Shown: piece by piece, positions 59,722 to 64,000 of the stretch
Position numbering within the stretch: position 1 is the first letter of the stretch
How the letters are laid out: every line of letters starts with the position of its first letter
Source: Oopsacas minuta
Lineage: Eukaryota; Animalia; Porifera
Direction: 5' to 3'
DNA: 64,000 bases
Assembly (NCBI GenBank): GCA_024704765.1
Contig: JAKMXF010000360.1
Location: 62,160-126,159, forward strand
The notes under the pieces: model-generated
The model's input: only the letters and a program-made list of their open reading frames with translations
Told to the model about the DNA's origin: nothing
Databases searched by the model: none
Made by a program: the position numbers and the translations under genes

Positions 59722-62700
59722 ATGAATCACAACAGTCATCATCTACGGAGCCTGTCACTCGACTCAAATTGCGCAGAAGAGGTTTGTTATTGTTTATATT
59801 CATATTTTCACACCTATTTCAGTTCTTGTTTTCAAGATTAGAATATTTGATTATTTTTGTTATTATTTACTATTTTAGTCCCCTGTAAAGTATGAAACAA
59901 TAGCAGAATCAGTTCTGGACAGTAACTCTCCGCTATCAGCTGATCTACTCAGACACTCAGCTGAGTTCCTTGTAAGATTTATTGTTATTTACTTGTTTGT
60001 TTGTTTGTTTATTTATTTGTTTGTTTACTAGTCTATACCGTTACAACACTCTAAATCGGATCCTTCTCTGTCTATTCTGACAGATCATGACCTCATCCAT
60101 CATAACAGGTCTAACTCAGCTCTTACAGATGAGTACAGATTAGACAGGAGTCCCTCCCGTCCGATTTCCCCTGTTTCTGATCATTTCAACTCCCTTAACT
60201 CCTCTCTGGGAGCTCTGTCCTCTAATGGGTCCTTCTCACACCCTCACTCTCCCTATTTCTCTCAGAGGTCTTCTTCCTCCTACTTTGATGGGTTAGTTTG
60301 TTATTATTTATTATAAGCAAATAATATATTTATGTCACTACATATTTGGCGCGTAGTTGTTGTTTACGCGGTATTTCGCCGTCATTGCGCTATATTATTT
60401 GCATAGTTACAGTGTGTGTATTAGGAATGCAGACAATAATTATAACGCAAATATTCATTATTACTTTCTGATTTCTCATTGATTATTCTATTTTTAGAAT
60501 TATCAAATCATTCCTTTGAATGATGTAATCGCTATGATAATAGATCAATTGTCATTTGTTATTCTAATTTGAAAGGTGTTAATTATTGTTTATTTGCTAT
60601 AATAATATACAACAATAGAATACAAATTTGTCGGCTATACAAACAGGGTGCTAGGGAGGCTGAAATATGCTGCTTCGTTTCTGCCATATTCCCATTATCA
60701 CAGGCCTATTTATGACTTTACTATTGTACCCATGGATTCTGTTTATAGATATGAAGATAATCAGAGTATGAACAGCTCTATCATATACAATAGCGGAGGG
60801 AGAGGAACTCCTAACTCTATATTCTCTAATGGAAATGGAACCACTAATCAGTTCTCTACCCCTGATCCCCTGGTGTCCAATTCGGGACCCATGTACTCAT
60901 CAGCTGATGAGTACTCTCATAAGAGACCCTCCACAGCTCACACCCCCTCTAGATCTCCTCTCATGTCCTCTCAGGTACTCTATCATTTTATTGGTTAATC
61001 AGATCTATGTATCAGCTGATTACACTATTGTAATTCTGGTCACGGGTCAATAAATATTATTAATTCAATTATACATAGAATAGAGCGTGTGTGTATTTGT
61101 ATAGCCTCCTATTCTTATGAATAATCATGTGTATAATCATCACACCTCTTAGAACGGAATTGATTGGTCAGAGGGTAACTACTCTAATCAGCCTGGGTCT
61201 CCTTCTCTTTCACAGCCCTCTCGCGGGAATTCACACCTCAGGGGGAGACACTCTGCCCCCCACACCCCCCAGATCTCTGAGAGCGGTCTCCTGTCTTCTC
61301 AGGGAGGAATGGATTCATCTATTCTACAGCAACAACAGATGCTACAGAATCAATTGTTACTTCTACAATTACAATCACAGGCTCAATCAGTTAGTTACCA
61401 TGGTTATCGGTGGGTGTTATAGGCATTTACATGATTGTTTTTAGAGCCCGTTACTGGCTGCTTATGCCCTCCAGCAACATCAGCTGTTAGCTTCAGGTCC
61501 CATGGGTACACCGGCTCAGTACCCTGGGGGTACTGGACCCCAAACAGGTTACCCAGCAAATCAGGACCCATACTCCGCTCTGGCTGCTTCTCTCCCTCTC
61601 CTGTCTCAGGGGTATACTCCATACCAACAGGGGTACAACTGGGTGTCCCCTGCTCCTCCCTACCTGACCCCTCAGCAGCAGATGCTCAGGAATAGTCTCT
61701 TAATGAGTACATCACACTCTGCTACACAGGCTAAGGAGAATCATCACGGTAAACTATCCTATTATATGAAAGTAATTATAGCTTAGAATTGATTGTATTA
61801 TCCATGGTTATTCTAATAGATAAACCACATTATCCTCACACCTCTTCTAACCAATCAGAATCAGATCTTGTGACTAGTGAGCCTCTGGATGAGTCCCCTC
61901 TCCCTGGGGGTAACTCTGTCCTGTCTGCTCTGTCTCAGCTACAACTGTCTAACAACTCTGTCTCACAACTAAACTCAACCAATCAGAATACAGATAGCAA
62001 ATCCCCTACCCATCTAACACCTGATATTAACTCCTCTCCCAATGCATGCCATTCTAACAAGTCAGTTGCTATGCTAATATTATGATAATTTCTTTTGATT
62101 GTTATCTCTGCTAGGAGGAAGGACAGTCTGTGTGGTCGTAGCAAACTGTTGGAAGATTTCAGGAATAACAGATGTCCGAATCTACAGCTGAGAGATCTAA
62201 CAGATCATATTACAGAGTTCTCTAAGGATCAGCATGGTTCTAGGTATGTTATAAATATATACAGGTGTGACAATGTGTATATACCCTGCTGTATAGATTC
62301 ATACAACAGAAGTTAGAGAGAGCTACTGTCCAGGAGAAGGATCTAGTATTCGGAGAGATATTACCGGATGCTTACTCACTAATGACAGATGTGTTTGGTA
62401 ATTACGTTATACAGAAATTCTTTGAGTTTGGGACTTCTGATCAAAAGCATACTCTAGCTACTAATGTACAGGGTCGTGTCCTCCCACTCTCCTTACAAAT
62501 GTATGGCTGTAGAGTTATACAGAAGGCTCTAGAATGCATTCCACAGGACCAACAGGTTGTCAAGTTATTATCCTTTATTAATCCTGTTATTTTATTGGTT
62601 GTATGTGTAGAGTGGGATTGTACAGGAATTAGATGGTCACGTATTAAAATGCGTTAAGGATCAGAATGGTAACCATGTTGTGCAGAAATGTATAGAATGT

Positions 62701-63582
62701 GTAGACCCTCACCACCTAGAGTTTATTATTGGATCATTCAGAGGACAGGTATGTGATTACTGATGATATATACTTCCTTACTGTACAGTCTTAACGGGTG
62801 TATATACATATACAGGTGTATCAGCTATCTACACACCCTTACGGATGTAGAGTTATACAGAGGATCCTAGAGCATTGTACGGCAGAACAGACACAGCCTA
62901 TACTCAAGGAGTTACATCATCATACAGACAAGCTTGTACAGGATCAATATGGTAACTATGTTATACAGCATGTGTTAGAGCATGGAAGAGCTGAAGATAA
63001 GACTAAAATAGTAGCAGAAATGAAAGGAAAAGTTCTTACACTATCTCAACACAAGTTTGCTAGGTTAGAACACTTTAACACTTTACTTAACTGTATCATA
63101 ATTCCCTGTATTACTATGCTATCCTTGATTCTCAAATTCTCTCCAGGGATATTCCAGCAGTCCCGTGAATGTTGTCCAATTTGTAAATAAATAAACTTTC
63201 TTCTATTTTTAGTAACGTAGTAGAGAAATGTGTCTCCCACGCCTCCAGAGCTGAGCGCACGTCTCTCATAGATGAAGTCTGCTGTTGTCAGGAAGGGTAA
63301 GCATTCCTTACATATCTATTGTACATATTGGTTACCATCTGCCCCTATAGAGCTCTATACACTATGATGAAGGACCAATTCGCTAATTATGTTGTACAGA
63401 AAATGATAGATGTAGCTGAGGCCAATCAAAGAAAGGTGTTAATGTTTAAAATAAAGCCTTATATGTCTACTTTAAGGAAATACACATATGGAAAACATAT
63501 ATTATCAAAACTTGAAAAGTATTTCATGAAACCGGAACCTTCCCTCGCTTGTCTAAACCCACCACTTTACGACACATTTTAA
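59722..63582 (+). CDS. PUM: Pumilio/PUF RNA-binding protein: low-complexity N-terminus plus PUM-HD with eight repeats, multi-exon
   Basis: [92 protein letters not shown] and [16 protein letters not shown]...HILSKLEKY. The exact 5' exons are less certain. Confidence 0.95.
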
Positions 63583-64000
63583 CACCTTCACTTCCTCTCT
63601 GCGCTTTTATGTGTATTCTCTGTGTTTAGTAGTTATGTACAAATCTTGATTTTTGTATATTTTTAACACCTAGCACGTGGTATATTTTGATAAATGTAAA
63701 TTGTACTTAGTGTGTGACTCGTATATTTCGCTGACAATCATTTCCCTTCTCTCCTATCTCGCATCCAATGAATCTTCACTTATTTGTATACAGTAGATAC
63801 TATCACTTCTTGTCTGTTAGATACTTCAATGACTAATTATTAACTCTATTATTCTCATATTCTTATTAATTAAGGGATAATTGCGGACTGAGGAGTCAAG
63901 GGTGTAACTCTGGAGTTTCTTATTTTAGATCAGTTATAATTCAGGGAGCATCTGTCTGTATATTAATCCTGTACTCATTTACTGATAACTTCCATTTCCT

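Overview
AT-rich eukaryotic genomic DNA with very short spliceosomal introns. Gene content and compactness suggest an early-branching animal, plausibly a glass sponge (Oopsacas-like); this is an inference, not something the sequence proves. The window has two halves. Positions 1-26 kb are mostly decayed transposons (Tc1, two hAT, KDZ-like, pogo/Tigger, a foldback and MITEs) plus one RFX DNA-binding exon. They also contain a complete 5,938-bp Ginger-type DNA transposon with TGT...ACA ends, 23-bp TIRs and a GCTC target duplication. Its 7-exon integrase splices in frame into a USP/C19-like cysteine-protease domain. Positions 26-64 kb are gene-dense. First come a cell-surface cluster (Ig+FN3 receptor with a Tyr-motif tail, a tail-less paralog, and a Notch-ligand-N-terminal-domain membrane protein lacking DSL/EGF). 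Next is a tightly packed co-oriented run of ATP6V1B, USO1, LARP4, an SVBP-domain gene, ERLIN, ABRAXAS and DDX6. The window ends with a Scribble-like LAP gene, an orphan ORF, an SFT2D3-like gene and Pumilio. Many start codons sit a few nt after a 3' splice-site-like AG, compatible with SL trans-splicing and possibly operons, and introns share an unusual extended branch-like motif (T/C)T(A/C)ACACCT. No rRNA, tRNA or CRISPR array is supportable. Exon structures were spliced by hand and protein identities come from motif recognition, not database searches.
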